A stretch of 64,000 bases of DNA from Takifugu flavidus (taxonomy: Eukaryota): NCBI RefSeq assembly GCF_003711565.1, contig NC_079534.1, positions 9,589,991 through 9,653,990 on the forward strand, read 5' to 3'. Shown piece by piece: positions 12,329 to 24,942 of the stretch. The position numbers and the translations under genes were made by a program. Under the pieces are notes generated by a model, which saw nothing but the letters and a program-made list of their open reading frames with translations, was not told where the DNA came from and did not search any database. Every line of letters starts with the position of its first letter. Within the stretch, counting starts at the first letter, position 1.

Positions 12329-14549
12329 AGGAAGAGCAAGCTTGTTAGGGCAGAAGTATACTGCAGAAAATTGAATTTGTCACTTTGTTTGGTGACGTCT
12401 ACACAATCGAAAATGCTTTTTGGGGCAGGAACAATTGGTGTAACTGAGTGTAGGATGTTAAACTAGAACAATTCAATTATGTTTAAATTAAAGGATATCA
12501 TTTCACTATAGTGCTGCAAGGAAAAGCAGCACATGAGAAAAACAAGATGCCAAGCAAAGGTTCATCTATCTAATCTGGTTACTCAAACCACAATATTGTG
12601 GTTCTATGGCGCCAAACACAGTTATGGTTACATGTCTCTATCCCTGCAATCCTGCCAAATTTAATTTCGCATAAAGTATAATGTCACCATAAGCTTTATG
12701 AGAAGAAATGTCAAGAGATATGTTTACATGTAAAACGGTATTGTCTTCAGTTCTTCTTTATGTGCAACTATATCAAGCTTTAGCTTTCAGTGTCCGACTT
12801 GACAGTGTTTTGATTGAGAAAGACCAATGTGATTTACGGTGCTGATATAACCTCACTTTGATTGTAATTTGAAAATACATGTAAAAATTAGATCAGAAAG
12901 CTATGGGAGATCATGTGACTCCTGCAATTCATTGTTCATGTAAACATAGTATGTGGTGACAGCGATGGAAAAATATGTTTTTTTTCTTATAACTGTTTTT
13001 AGTTTGATGCCAAAAACACTGCCAATTTATTTGGTTTGCAACCTCAAAGGATAGATTGTAGAAGAAATTAAGATAGCAGCTATCAGTGCAAATTTATATT
13101 ATATTTTGAATTCAGAGATTCTTGAAAACAAGGCCTTTCTGGTTCTATGATGATTTTATAAAATGTTTTCCTATGTGCAGAGTATCTAGAAATGATTTGT
13201 AAATTTCTAATGGCTTCAAGTGTTAAAGACTTTTAGTGTTGCACCATAGCTTCCATGATGGTAAGATGAGTGCTAAGCTAGCTTTTTGCTCTTATTATAA
13301 TATACTTTGGGTATGGGTAATCATATTGGCAAGCCACAATAAAATGCAACAATATCTTCATGAAAAAATAATATGCACGTTTGAGAATTAAATAACAAAT
13401 ATGTTATCTGAACAGTGAACTTAATTTTTTTTCATGTGGATTCATTTCTTCTGTATTAATTTGTGATAAGGTTGTATCAGCAAATTCATTTATCTTTCAT
13501 TTTGGGTCTGATGATTATACTGTTGTTGGCAATGGAGACCAAAAGCCTCTCTCAATCATGTTCCTGTCATATTGTCTAAGATCATTTTACTATTCCTTTA
13601 TTCACATTATTTGCGTGGAAACCATGTCAGTGTTGCAAAAATTAATTCAGTGTTTCAATAAAAAACACATGGAAAAGCACGTGTGGTTGTGTTATTTCAT
13701 TTTAAGATTCCTTAAAAGTGACAAAGACTGGGGTTCCTCTGTAACCGTCACTGCATTCCACTGTTCCATTGTGGGGCTTGTGTACATCACAAGGTAGGCG
13801 GATGAACTATATGGTAAACAAAAAATCCCTCATTTTGCTATTGTTGTATTTATTCTTATTCTGATTCACAAAAAAAAAAAACAAAGAGTGAAATTCATCA
13901 GTGCTACAATGACTTGATACAATCTCGAATGAAGCTGGGCAGAGAAAGAGCTCTGTATCTGTTTCCCACTCTTTAAGCGGATGCTTTGTTCCCACCAAGA
14001 TAAAGAGTCAAATGTGAAACAACCACAACACTTGAACAAAAGTGTGGATTTAATTTTCTCCAAATCTGAGCCAGGTTTAATTTCTGCTTCTTTTTCATTT
14101 TCTTCTTCTTCTGCTGGACTGATTAAATGTTTTTTTTATTCTAATGTCTGTTAATTTGTGTTCTTCTTCTACTTTGTGTAATTTGTTTCTTCCTGTTCTG
14201 TATGGAGAAAATACAAGGACATTTTAATGCTCTAGTGTATTATTTACTATTATGACACAATAGGTTTTTGTGTTTTTATTTATTTTATTGTTTTACCTGC
14301 ACTTCTTTGATGTAGCCTGGCAATTTGCTACTTTGATTTACAGTATTTATTCCAAGTGAGCTAGATCTCTGCCAATGTTTTACTTAACATGGGAAATCAA
14401 GGCAACAGTGTTCAAAATTGGTTAATAAATGAAGTACATAACACCATAATATTGTGAAGACATTTAAGTCCTATATTTAGGAGTAGTCTAGTCATTGGGT
14501 GCATATGGGTGAAGGCAGGACGCACCACTGAATGAATCACCAGTTCATC

Positions 14550-14730
14550 CAGGACCCTATGCAAGCATTTGGGGGTTTGATAACTTGCTCAAGGGAACCT
14601 CAGGAGTACTCTGAAGGCATCTCCCCCTACTACCAGAAAATGTTTCAAGTTTTCTCCAAACTGAGAACCCTCCATTTTTCAGCCCCCTACAGACTGAGCT
14701 ACTCTAATACAAAATCAGTAATGGTAGAGA
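14550..14730 (+). repeat. tRNA-derived SINE copy (family A, copy 1)
   Basis: Shares ...ttgctcaagggaacctc..ctaccagaa...ctgagctactc with the copies at 15.8 kb and 56.4 kb. Confidence 0.55.
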
Positions 14731-15809
14731 CACAGTGTGTTTAAAAATCTGCATTCTTTTCAGTACATCTCACATGAACAGCTGTCAGATGTAGCCAGAT
14801 GGCTTTACTACTCCCACAAACCTTTGTGTTCTCATACTTAGTTTGATGTTTGGCTTGTCCAAACTTGAATGACCCATGTTCAGACAAAATAATCACTCTG
14901 TTATCACCTGCATTCACTGCTGATTGTTGGCATTTCCATTAAGGATCAATATTTCCATGAACCTGTGCATGTCAGTCAGACTGAATGACACTGAGATTAG
15001 TGCACATCTCTGCCAGTGGCTGAACATCAGATCATGTTCCCGAGTTGGCTAAGTGCATAGGATATAAATATTTTGCTGTGGACAGTATACTTAAAACTTC
15101 TGTCTCTGGTGCTTTAAATAAAAGGTTGGGTTTTTTTTAGAAAAAGGAATCCAAACAATTTCTTTGTAGGATGTTAAAAATCTGTAAGGAAACTGTGATA
15201 AAGCTAATATCAAATTATTAATTATTAATATCGAATTATTTACCTATCGTAAACATTCTTAAACTACTGCTTGGAAGAAAGAAGGAAATGGACATTAATT
15301 GTGTCACAGATAAAATATTGTTTGAGATAATGCACTTACATTATTGCTAAAAGCTTTTCAAAGCTCTATCCTGTTGCCTTAACACTTATTCAGTCTCAAG
15401 TTCCTGACATGGCCTTTTATGGTTGTGCAGATCCATTTCCACACATAAACCTGGCATGAAAATATATATACACCACTTGAGCATCATTTGATGAGATTGG
15501 TGCATTTTTTACAAGGTCTCTACGCACTGCCTGAGCCATCCATTAACAACAGCCAGATGTAGCCATTTTCTCTACCAGACCTACTGAGCTTATTTACCAC
15601 TTGACTCTGATGAAATGTGCTTTTTTACAGCAGGAAAAGCTAAGCTGTTTTATTACTTGTGTCTTATGATTGTGATTAAGGGGAAATATGAGTGTAGTTG
15701 AATGTTGTAATTTCCTTTCTTGTATTTTCTTCTTTTTCTTGACTGCTTCATCCTTTTTGGGGTCTCAGGGAGGGTGCTGAGTCCGTCCCAGCTGCATCTG
15801 CGTGAAGGC

Positions 15810-15990
15810 AGGGTACACCTCTGTGTCACCAGCTTATTGCAGAGCATTGCGGGGTTTGGTACCTTGCATAAGGGTACCTCGGCAGTACTCTGATGGTGTC
15901 CTGGCACCTTTCCCTGCTAGCCGAGCACCTCCCAAGATTCGTCTGCACCAGAGCTTAAACTGAGAACTCATCACATCTCCCATGGAGACT
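15810..15990 (+). repeat. tRNA-derived SINE copy (family A, copy 2)
   Basis: ggtaccttgcataagggtacctcggcagtactctgatggtgtcctggcacc... is homologous to the 14.55 kb and 56.4 kb copies. Confidence 0.55.
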
Positions 15991-17054
15991 GAGAGACCAC
16001 CACCCCTTTTTGTAATTCATTCATTTATTTTGAATTTGAATCAGTTTTGCTTTTGCAAGAAAAACAGAAAAAAGCACACTGAACCCAGACACGCCCTTAT
16101 ATAATTTATGTTGATAGGATGTTAAAACATTATATTTCCTTTATAAAACAACAGCAATTTCCTGTGGTCAAAATGACAGAATTCATTGTAACTAGCATCT
16201 TAATACCAGCAGCATAGAATTTTTTTTAAAATGATGGTGAAGAATAAAAGGCACAAGTGTCAGCTCAGTTTGGCTAGTTGTTCATCTGCGACTGGTAAGA
16301 GTGGATATCCTCCCCAATTAATTGTGTTACTATGGAGGAAAAAGAGAAAGTCACAATGCTGTTCATCGCACCATTTCATATCCACATTTCCTAGGTTTCT
16401 GAGAATGTTAACTCACATTATAAAGACAGAATCAAGGGAATAATCACTTTGTGCTTGTTTAGCCCTGATGAGAACATGTTTCAGTCTTAAAGTTACTATT
16501 ATTTAGTTTAATTGGGCTCAAATATCAGAGGTAGCATCAGGAGACATCTGCTCACTCTTTTGCAGCTGGTATACTTTCCCACCGCCCAGGGAGGAAGTCC
16601 TTTTATTCTATACTCTGTCTACTTGTGTCAAAAATTAACACTATTCGCTACTTCATAATGCCTTTTTTTTTGCTGGGTGTTATAGTTCTGGTAAACAGAG
16701 TGAAATTGTATTTCATAAATACAGTGAAATAGTTTGATTTCAAGTATTATTTGTTGTATCTATAATTTGCGGTTGATAAAATCACGTTGTTAATGTACTA
16801 ATATATCTTATCAGGATAGTAATGTGACCACACCTGAGTCCTAACACATAGCGCAGCATGTATAGACTGAATATTTTAACTTTTATTTGACTAAATGAAG
16901 AGCTTGAAAGCTTATTATCAATCAATGAATAACATACAGACATACAGTGTATATATTTACCTATGTGCATATATCTGCAGATGAACACATATATGCACAT
17001 GAATGAAATCATTATCATTGTTATTGCATGGAAAGAAAAACACATGTAGCTCAC

Positions 17055-17768
17055 CTTCATCAAATGTAATATGGTGCATAGACGCAGAGCTGTTAAACTC
17101 TAGTGGGCACTCCTGAATTTTTTCAGCCCTCTCTCTGACATATTCAGTTTCCACTGCTCCTCCTTGCATCTCCCAGCTATCATATTGAGAGTATGGTGTT
17201 GAGCTGATGTTCTGATAAGGGCTGGGTCTGGAAGGAGGGGAGGAGCACACCTCTTGAGGATATGGAGAGCACTGCAGGTAAGGGGAGGTGGGGATGGGAG
17301 GGAGAGGGGAGGTGGAGATTGGACTACTGGCAGGAAATGGGCTAAAAGAGGAAGAGTGCGACGGTGAAGGTGAAGAGGACAAGTAAGGTGAGTCCAGCCA
17401 TGGGGAAGGGGAATGGGCCTGTGGCCCACGGGAATACAGAGGGGGGAGGAGCTCAGTGAAGCCCAGCTCCAGGTTTTCAAAGCTGGGGTGACGCTCTGAC
17501 AGAATTGCCCTGGGCTCCTCCAATACCACGTCAGGTTTGGAGATGTAATCATCAGGGCAAGACATAGTTGGACAGGGAGGGGAGTAAGTGGAAGGGTAGG
17601 GAGAAAAGTGGAAGCCCAGGCCTCTGTCTTTATTCATGGGATCACTTCTCATGTGGAAACCCCTGTCTATGCTACGCTGACCAGCCAATTGACACACAGT
17701 CCCCCTATCCAGGTGCTGGGCTGAGGGCTGAAGGGAGGACAGTAAGGGGTCCTCTTCTTTAAACATGA
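17055..17768 (-). CDS. nfatc4: nfatc4 large C-terminal exon (IMFKEEDPLLSS...SP-rich transactivation region)
   Basis: Follows the NGKRKRS exon. Matches human NFATC4 VICKEEPLPDSS. Acceptor cctaacag, donor GAAG|GTGAGC at 17054; phase 1 to 1. Further 3' exons and the stop codon were not resolved. Confidence 0.7.
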
Positions 17769-18043
17769 CTGTTAGGAGAAAGAAGAAACAACATTGACAA
17801 ATAATAACATCTTTTCAATCATATCATATAATTTTGTAGTTTTTCACATTTCAATCATTAAGAAAATTCTACCACAAGGTGGTAAAAATTATCTCTCTTG
17901 GGAATAGTTATTTTTTAAGTTGGTAGATAGTTACAAAGTTAAAGTTGTGTATAATGTTTTCAAAGGCATGCTGTAAATGTAAGGGAAATTTCAAAATAAT
18001 AATTTTTGTTGTTATTGAAATCTCTTTTTAAAAAAAGACTCAC

Positions 18044-18170
18044 TGGGAAGATACTTGAAGCAATGAGTGCTGCTCCTTTTCCTTTTCCCATTGGAGACAT
18101 AAAGATTAACGGACACTGGGCGAGCGATGGAGAGGTCGCTGTAGGTGGGGATCCTCACACACAGCAAACA
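18044..18170 (-). CDS. nfatc4: nfatc4 exon (CLLCVRIPTYSDLSIARPVSVNLYVSNGKRKRSSTHCFKYLP)
   Basis: Matches NFATC4 TLTVPEYSNKRVSRPVQVYFYVSNGRRKRS. Acceptor atttcag, donor gtgagt. Confidence 0.85.
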
Positions 18171-18231
18171 CTGAAATAAGAACAGTTAGCTTAGCTGACT
18201 CTTACCACATTTTCCTGATTTTATCATTTAC

Positions 18232-18287
18232 CTCATTGCTGTTGTCGCGGTCAACATGGGCCTCCTCCTCCCACTGGAATTTACCAT
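18232..18287 (-). CDS. nfatc4: nfatc4 exon (DGKFQWEEEAHVDRDNSNE)
   Basis: Matches NFATC4 DGKLQWEEEATVNRLQSNE. Acceptor cttttag, donor gtaaat. Confidence 0.85.
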
Positions 18288-18479
18288 CTAAAAGAGCACA
18301 ACTTAAATGAAGTATAATCTAGGTGGAAAAACACTGCAAATAATATGTTTAATGTAGTTTTTTTTCCCATGTCCCATTTTGGCTCTTTTGCACTGTAGAA
18401 CTCTGATTTTGAGAACACAGAAGATGCAACAGAAATAAACATCATCAACAATATGAAAAAATGATGTAGGGACTTTTAC

Positions 18480-18620
18480 CTGTCCCTCTTTCTGTAAACA
18501 GGACTCTTGAGACTGGCAAGAAGTTTGAACCACTCAACATGAGTTCTTCCCCTCCCTCAACTGAGCAAGAAGTAAGACTGATGGACTCAATAACGGGAAG
18601 CTCCTGAGCTGAACGCTGGG
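18480..18620 (-). CDS. nfatc4: nfatc4 exon ([47 protein letters not shown])
   Basis: Matches NFATC4 [46 protein letters not shown]. Acceptor cctcag, donor gtaaaa. Confidence 0.87.
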
Positions 18621-18756
18621 CTGAGGTAGCAAAGAATGAGAGAGAAAAAAAAGTGAAATCTCAGCTGCACTAAATGCACCCAATTTAATAAGAATTGGAA
18701 ACATTCTGATATCTCCAACTATGTGTCAATCTGCTTGAAAATAAAACTTTACTCAC

Positions 18757-18944
18757 AGCATTCAATGGGCAATGAGGCAACCTGTAGAGCCAAGACTCGC
18801 CCAGAAGGAGCGACAGGGGGCGCAAGAGGAAGATGGACACGAAATACTAAACGGACACGTGTGTTCTTCCTTCCAACATCTGTTTCTCCTTTCCTTAGCT
18901 CAATGTCTGAGTTCCTCAGCTTTAGAATCCCGGCACAGTCAATG
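18757..18944 (-). CDS. nfatc4: nfatc4 Rel-homology exon ([40 protein letters not shown]...LPIEC)
   Basis: Near-identical to the NFAT Rel-homology domain core. Acceptor tgttgtag, donor gtgagt. Confidence 0.9.
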
Positions 18945-19470
18945 CTACAACACAGAGACTCGTTTACATTCATGTCATTGTTACTTTTGATAACTTACCA
19001 CCATCTACATGAAAATGCCTGCTGGATTTAATGATTATTTAAATGCAGATAACATTCTGGGACAGATCTACAAAAACTGCAAGTTAAAGAAAACTTCTTG
19101 GACTGTAGGGAGATGTGTCAGTGCAGCTCAATCAGTGCTGAATCCAATAAAAGCTATTACTCCATTACTTACTATGGCATTAAGCAATTTATCAGTTTAC
19201 TGGTTACTAGTTTACCCAATTTACAATACATCACATGATAACATGATAACCTTCCTATAGAGAAGGGTTTTGTTTTCTTGGAAAAAGTTACAAAATGGAT
19301 CTTCTAATAATTATTACCTGGGTTGCTTCCCCAAAGATCCATGATAAATCATTTAATCAAAGTTTTCTAGGTAAACTATAAGAAAACCCATACATCCATA
19401 AGAAAAACTGAACATTTTTAGTTCAAAATAAAGGGTGAACGCCTTGAGCTTTCCTGTCTGCACCACTCAC

Positions 19471-19572
19471 AGCACTGTCATGTTGTTCTCGGGCGTGAGG
19501 GGGATGTCCAAAAGTTTGGTTCCTGCCTGGACACTCTCATGACTGGCAGTGCCCACCATCTTTCCTGTCACC
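19471..19572 (-). CDS. nfatc4: nfatc4 Rel-homology exon (RVTGKMVGTASHESVQAGTKLLDIPLTPENNMTV)
   Basis: Matches [35 protein letters not shown]. Acceptor ttttgacag, donor gtgagt. Confidence 0.87.
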
Positions 19573-20661
19573 CTGTCAAAAGAGAAAACAGCATTTATTG
19601 CACCTCAAACCCACCTCTGATCCTACACTGACAAGTCAGTCTACTAATCTACCAATTCTCCTATCCACCAAATTCATGGAATTGCAATGAGGAAAGATGC
19701 CGAAGGGTGGGGTGGGGGAAGATGATATGTGCTAAGTTTAACCCTTTAAAGCCGTTTGTATCATATTTGATACGCGAGATTCTGAGACGTCTCTTTTTTC
19801 TAAACCAAAATCAAGTGTGGCAGACCACTGTCCTCTCCAGAAACAACTCCAACACCACCCCGTAAAAGAGGCTGCAGTGTGCCTCTTGTGCTAAAAAGTG
19901 CTATGCAAAAAAAACAAAGAGAAAAATGTTGTTCATGTTCTATATTGTCAAAATGTTATGGGCAAACTTTGTTTTTGTGTCTAAAGTTAACATAGTCGTG
20001 AGCTAAAAGTTGCCGAAATCGCCTAATGTATCATATTTGATACAAAAAAAATGTCATAAACAAAATTTAAAAAAAATTGGGATTTTGTTAAAAGGTTCAA
20101 TAAACATCTCATTTCCAAAAAATTAGAATTTTCTGGCTATTTTTTGATGTGTCAGGCTTTATAGGGTTAAGTTATTTACAAATTCCAAAAATGAAGGATC
20201 TTTTACGGTTTATGAAAAGTGGTTTTGCTAAATTGATTTTGATTTTGTTACTTCTGGATGAAAACATTGCATAATGATCCATGTCCATACATACAATTCC
20301 TATAATTATAATAATATAAATAAATAAATGTCATAAATAATTATGATATGTTATTAATTGTAATGACACATTATATCTTTGTAAACTTTATTGAGAAAAG
20401 TTTGAAAAGTTTGTTTGTTTTTAGCATGCTGATACCAAGGATCTATGTAAGCATAGATTACATTATCTTCACAGTTATGTTTATACTGTTTTTACATTTT
20501 CAATTATAACTGCTGACAGGAACAACAGAGGGTCAGGGGTTCAGTTCTAAGTTGGTTAGAGTGACATTTTGATGAATGATGAGCAGTCTTGATGAACAGA
20601 AAATGACAGAAGGGTGAAATAAATCATAAATTGCTAATAATTGATTGGCGTTTGTTTCCAC

Positions 20662-20762
20662 CTGTGTATCTGATAGAAGGGATGTGGCCGGATTGATCGG
20701 TCATCGGCTGTTCCGACAAAAACCTGCAAGGAGAGTGGCTTCCTCTCAGTGAATCCACATAG
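20662..20762 (-). CDS. nfatc4: nfatc4 Rel-homology exon ([33 protein letters not shown])
   Basis: Matches [33 protein letters not shown]. Acceptor gtccgcag, donor gtggaa. Confidence 0.87.
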
Positions 20763-20878
20763 CTGCGGACAGAATAAAACAGTAAAAACATCACATCTCC
20801 CAAGATCTTGTTCCAATGTTTTGAAACTATTCTGTTTCTGTATCTACAACCACCTGTAGCTGCAGATTTGTATTTCAC

Positions 20879-21041
20879 CTTGACGACAGGATGTCCTGTC
20901 GGTGTAGCCTTCACAGCTCCTCTGCTCCCTTCCGTTTCATAGTGGGCTCTATGGTGAGGACGAGGCTGCACCTCAATACGTAGCTCATACTGGTCAAACT
21001 GGGAAGGCAGTGGCCAGTCAAGTGGTGGCAGCGCATTAGAC
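20879..21041 (-). CDS. nfatc4: nfatc4 Rel-homology first exon ([54 protein letters not shown])
   Basis: Hallmark NFAT RHD N-terminus; closest to NFATC4 ([43 protein letters not shown]). Acceptor ggtggtag, donor gtgaaa. Confidence 0.9.
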
Positions 21042-21495
21042 CTACCACCATATTTAATCAATACACAATCAGCATGCCACATATTCACTGTGATATCTGT
21101 GATTACATAAAGCAAATCACCATCAAACAAGCTTCAAATTATGAGTGGGTAAACAAAACAAAACAGAGCTATTTAGCTATTTAAAAATGTACATAGATTA
21201 GCAAAAATCTATATTCTGTGCACTTAAACAGCAGACTGTTGTATTGTAACACCATTCTATTAAACATTAACATTCATGAAGCTAAAATTGTGCCTAAATT
21301 ACAACTATCTTTGTTCAATATTTTCGCATTCATACAACTCTGGAAAATGACAACTTTCGTTATAGTTTATTTCATGAAAATTAAGAGCTATGCATGTTTA
21401 CCTTCACCGACTCAGAGTACAACTGAGACTGAAATCAATTCATTCCGTGCAGGACAAAAAACATTATTATATGATATGGTGACGTGTATCCTTGC

Positions 21496-21671
21496 CTGAA
21501 CAAAGGGCTGTGGGTATTGACTCGGGCTCTGCCCCAGGCAAGGGCAGGAGGTACAGAGAGGTAGTCCATGCCCAGTGATGGAGGCTCTCTCCTGGTCTTC
21601 TGGGTCTCTGAGAGCAGGCAGGGTGAGCTGGGGCCTGGAGACTGCTCCTGGTCTACCTCCCTGGGAGACAA
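21496..21671 (-). CDS. nfatc4: nfatc4 exon (LSPREVDQEQSPGP...LGMDYLSVPPALAWGRARVNTHSPLF)
   Basis: Matches NFATC4 AGMDYLAVPSPLAWSKARIGGHSPIFR. Acceptor cctctag. The downstream splice is a GC donor (AG|GCAAGG at 21495). Confidence 0.75.
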
Positions 21672-21745
21672 CTAGAGGACGCAAAGGTTTGCTACAATGA
21701 CTAAAATGTATTTATTTTAATGACTATGAAGCCACCAATCTTCAC

Positions 21746-22257
21746 CTGCCCCAGTGATGTCTTCCTGGTTTTCTGTGGGATGCTGAGCTCACAACTGATT
21801 GGCTGTGCCTGAGTCAGGTTGATGGAGTCTCCACCCTCGAGGTCGCAGCCATGCAGGTCTTCTGAATAACTGCTTCTCCTTGTGTCGGGGGAGGCAAAAG
21901 GTGTGTTCCTACGCTTTTTACCCCCAGGGGATGTGGGCCTTGAGGATGGAGAGTGCATAAAGTTCATTGTGGCATCGTTCACGTCTTCCTCCTCCACCAA
22001 GAGGGAATCACAGCTTGAAGCGGGGCTGAGCCATCCTCGGGAAGAGGGGCTGGAGGCAGGGCTAGGACTTGGGGAGCTGGGGCATCTGTCACGGTAAGTA
22101 AAAGGATCCAGCAGTGGAAGGTAGAGACGCTCCCTGTCCCAGCAACCACCACCACCACCATCACCCATATCCCAGTACCTTGAAACAGTGGAAGGTGGGT
22201 CATCTTCTGGGGAGATTGTAGTTATCTGAATACTTGGGCACTCAACCACACGAGACT
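21746..22257 (-). CDS. nfatc4: nfatc4 regulatory-domain exon (ESRVVECPSIQITTISP...SP-rich motifs...SRPTSPGGKKRR...IPQKTRKTSLGQ)
   Basis: Contains the calcineurin-docking PxIxIT motif (PSIQIT), serine/SP repeats, the KRR nuclear-localisation signal and the KTRKTS motif. Acceptor gtttcag, donor gtgaag. Confidence 0.85.
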
Positions 22258-24119
22258 CTGAAACCTGGAGGGAAAGTTAGAAGATCTTTGTATCAAAATG
22301 TAGAGAGATATCTTTGTGCACTTTTTAAATATCTATTCGAGGTGATCTCTAGGGAATCAAATCATGAGGTACCACCCTGCTTGTTACCCAAGGCAGCAGG
22401 AAACCATAACTCCTGAAAAAATCAAAAAATATTTAGTGTTGTCCTGAAGTGAAGAAACGGTAATGTCCACAGTTCATGTTGCATTTGAGTGTTTCAACAT
22501 GTGTATGTTGTCATTGTGCCAAGTTCAATTAAATACTTAAATATACAAATGATTACACTGTATTTATGTTTGACAACATCCAGTCTTAATATATATTTTT
22601 TTTCAAAGTAAAACATGTAAAAAACAAAACAATAATTACTAGTTATTATAGTTATATTTGTAGTTATTATAGTTATAGTTGTGTTATAGTTTGTGTTCAG
22701 ATTTACCTGGACAGAACGTGCCGGCAGGCTCTCATAGGTCCCGATGAACTCTCTGATGGCGGCACGTCGTGGTGGAGGGGAATTCATCCCAGCTTGCTGA
22801 CTGACTAAGGGAGGTGGACTGGGGATGATGATCAAGTGTTCATCATGAGATGTAGCTAGGTGATTATCTGCAACTGAGAAATGGATAAATTCAAACACCG
22901 AATGTACGTAAACACCAAAATCTGTGGCACTGAAGTAGGATGAAGTTTAGAGTGGAGCTTTTCTTCAGTTACGCTATAATCACCTACAAAGAACAACATT
23001 GAGATGCTATTAAATGATGACAGTGTTCCCTTCTCCAACTTTCTTTGTTGTTGCTTTCTTCTTTTTTAAAAAAATGCTTCATTTACTGCCCTTTAATAAT
23101 TTTTCAGAGGGGTAGTTATCTTTAAGCAATAATGCCGGTGGGCCAGCTCTAATAGTCAATTGGTATGGCTTCGCGGGCCAAATATAATTACACTGCGGAC
23201 CAAATTTTAGAGTTTGACACCTATGTTTTAGAGGCTTTTGCCTGTGACCTGAGCTTGAAAATGTGCTGATTTTAAGAACATTCATTCATAATAAAGACAT
23301 TTAAAAATTTGATTCAAAACAGTCCGTGTCTTTTTCAATGTATGTTCAAAGACCTTGTCGGAGATTTGGGCCCAAACAATCAGATGACACAAACCCTGGA
23401 AAGTGGCAGCAGCACTCGCCACAGATTGTGAAGTCCGTTTTGGTAAAGATCAATGTACATCTGCAAGTGCCAAGAAATGAGGTCTGTGTGAAAATGGCTT
23501 CAATTGTTTCCTGGCAACATAAATATTTCCAAGTAATTAAATGTGTAATGCTGAGGCAACTGTTTCGCTGGTAGCACAGCAAACAAGCAAACTGTGATTT
23601 GTAAGCTTGTGTACAGAAAATGACCTATTTAAGACAATGAAGCTAATTTCAAATTTACAGGATAAAACACATTTTATTCTTATTCCTGAGTTAAACCTTC
23701 AAGAGAAATGGAGAGTTAAATGTTAAATACAATCAAGTTTGAGTCAGAGTTAGCTCTTGTCATACTTCCAAATAGCTTTTTTCTTCTACAGAGCACTTGT
23801 ATTTAGGGAACAAAATATCTTGTTCTTTAAAGAAACCTCATTTAAACTCCAACAGTAGAGTAGGTCCTGGGCTATGATACCATCTTCATGTATTGTAATA
23901 GCTTTCACAAAAGTCGGCATCAACGCTGAAGCGGAACCGGTTGGTGAGTCTGATTCAGATGATGAAGAAGAGGAATTCGGGATGTTGGACATCGAAATAG
24001 CGCAGCTGTTTAATTCAGATACAGGAGATGAAAACTTTGATGGTTTTGTGGCGGAAGAATGAATATTTTGTTAACTGTGTCGAAACTCACTGTTTTACTT
24101 CCATTGTCATTTTTTACTG

Positions 24120-24245
24120 TATGTTTTAGCATGCGCCTAATAATACAGTGCGCCTTATGTATGTTTTAAATACAGATATAGCACCCGTAACTGAGACCTT
24201 TTATTACAGTGCGCCTTATGGTCGTGAAAATACGGTACTGTATGA
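24120..24245. mobile_element. Partial MITE copy, same family as 59441-59986
   Basis: Shares the cagtgcgccttatg...aaaatacggtac terminal motif with the element at 59.4 kb. Confidence 0.45.
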
Positions 24246-24770
24246 ATATGTTCCAAATTTTGTCACGTTTGATTTCAGTTATTTAAAAAGGCCATGCTGC
24301 CGAACTAATCACTGAAGCTTCAATGACCAGCTTAAAAGCAAAATTCATAAATATCTTTAAACACAGAGATTATCTAAGTGAGTAAAGTTAGTCTGAGACT
24401 GTGTATATGAGGTTCCTTCCCATATGGCAGTTGTTAACTATACAGTACTCACACGCACAGCTGATTAAATGTGATTAGAAACACATTGAGTCTGGGTTTG
24501 CACGCAGGCGTGCGCTATTAGAATTACGCGCAAAGGCAAGTCAGAAAAAGTTTAAACGCGCGCACATGTTCACGCAAAGCAAAAGCATACTAATATACAC
24601 GGTGGCATGCTTACAGACACAGGCACGCAAGCAGCGCAATCCAGACCAAACAAATCCACATGAACTGACCGCGTAGATAAAGGCTGCTATCGCGCTTGTG
24701 CAAATAATTTTCCGTGCAACAGCATGGCCCTTTAATTTTAACATGCAATCATCAGAGAAATGACTCTAAC

Positions 24771-24942
24771 CCAGGTTCCTGGTGTCGGGATAGTCCAGCA
24801 GGGTATCCTCATTCTTCTCTGGGTTTCCAGAGTTGTCCGGTTCGGATGTGCGCACTGGCGATGGCCCCTGGCTCTCTTCTTCAAAGACCAACTTAAATTC
24901 GAACTCGCCCTCATCCCAGCCCGCGCCTGGCGCGGCCCCCAT
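24771..24942 (-). CDS. nfatc4: nfatc4 exon 1 coding part (MGAAPGAGWDEGEFEFKLVFEEESQ...DTRNL)
   Basis: ATG at 24942-24940 in a gcgATGg context. Matches human NFATC4 MGAASCEDEELEFKLVFGEEKE. The donor (gttaga at 24770) is weak, so the 3' boundary is uncertain. Confidence 0.7.

Noticed and set aside
16957-17060. Tail of the 269-aa nfatc4 ORF (…ELHVFFFPCNNNDNDFIHVHICVHLQIYAHR*)
   Set aside because: A GAAG|GTGAGC donor at 17054 indicates that the exon ends there and the rest is intron read-through; downstream 3' exons were not resolved.
23079-23290. Sequence resembling a dispersed repeat (ggcccgcgaagccataccaattgactattagagctggcccaccggcattattgc)
   Set aside because: Only one copy in the window and no terminal structures; cannot be classified from this sequence alone.
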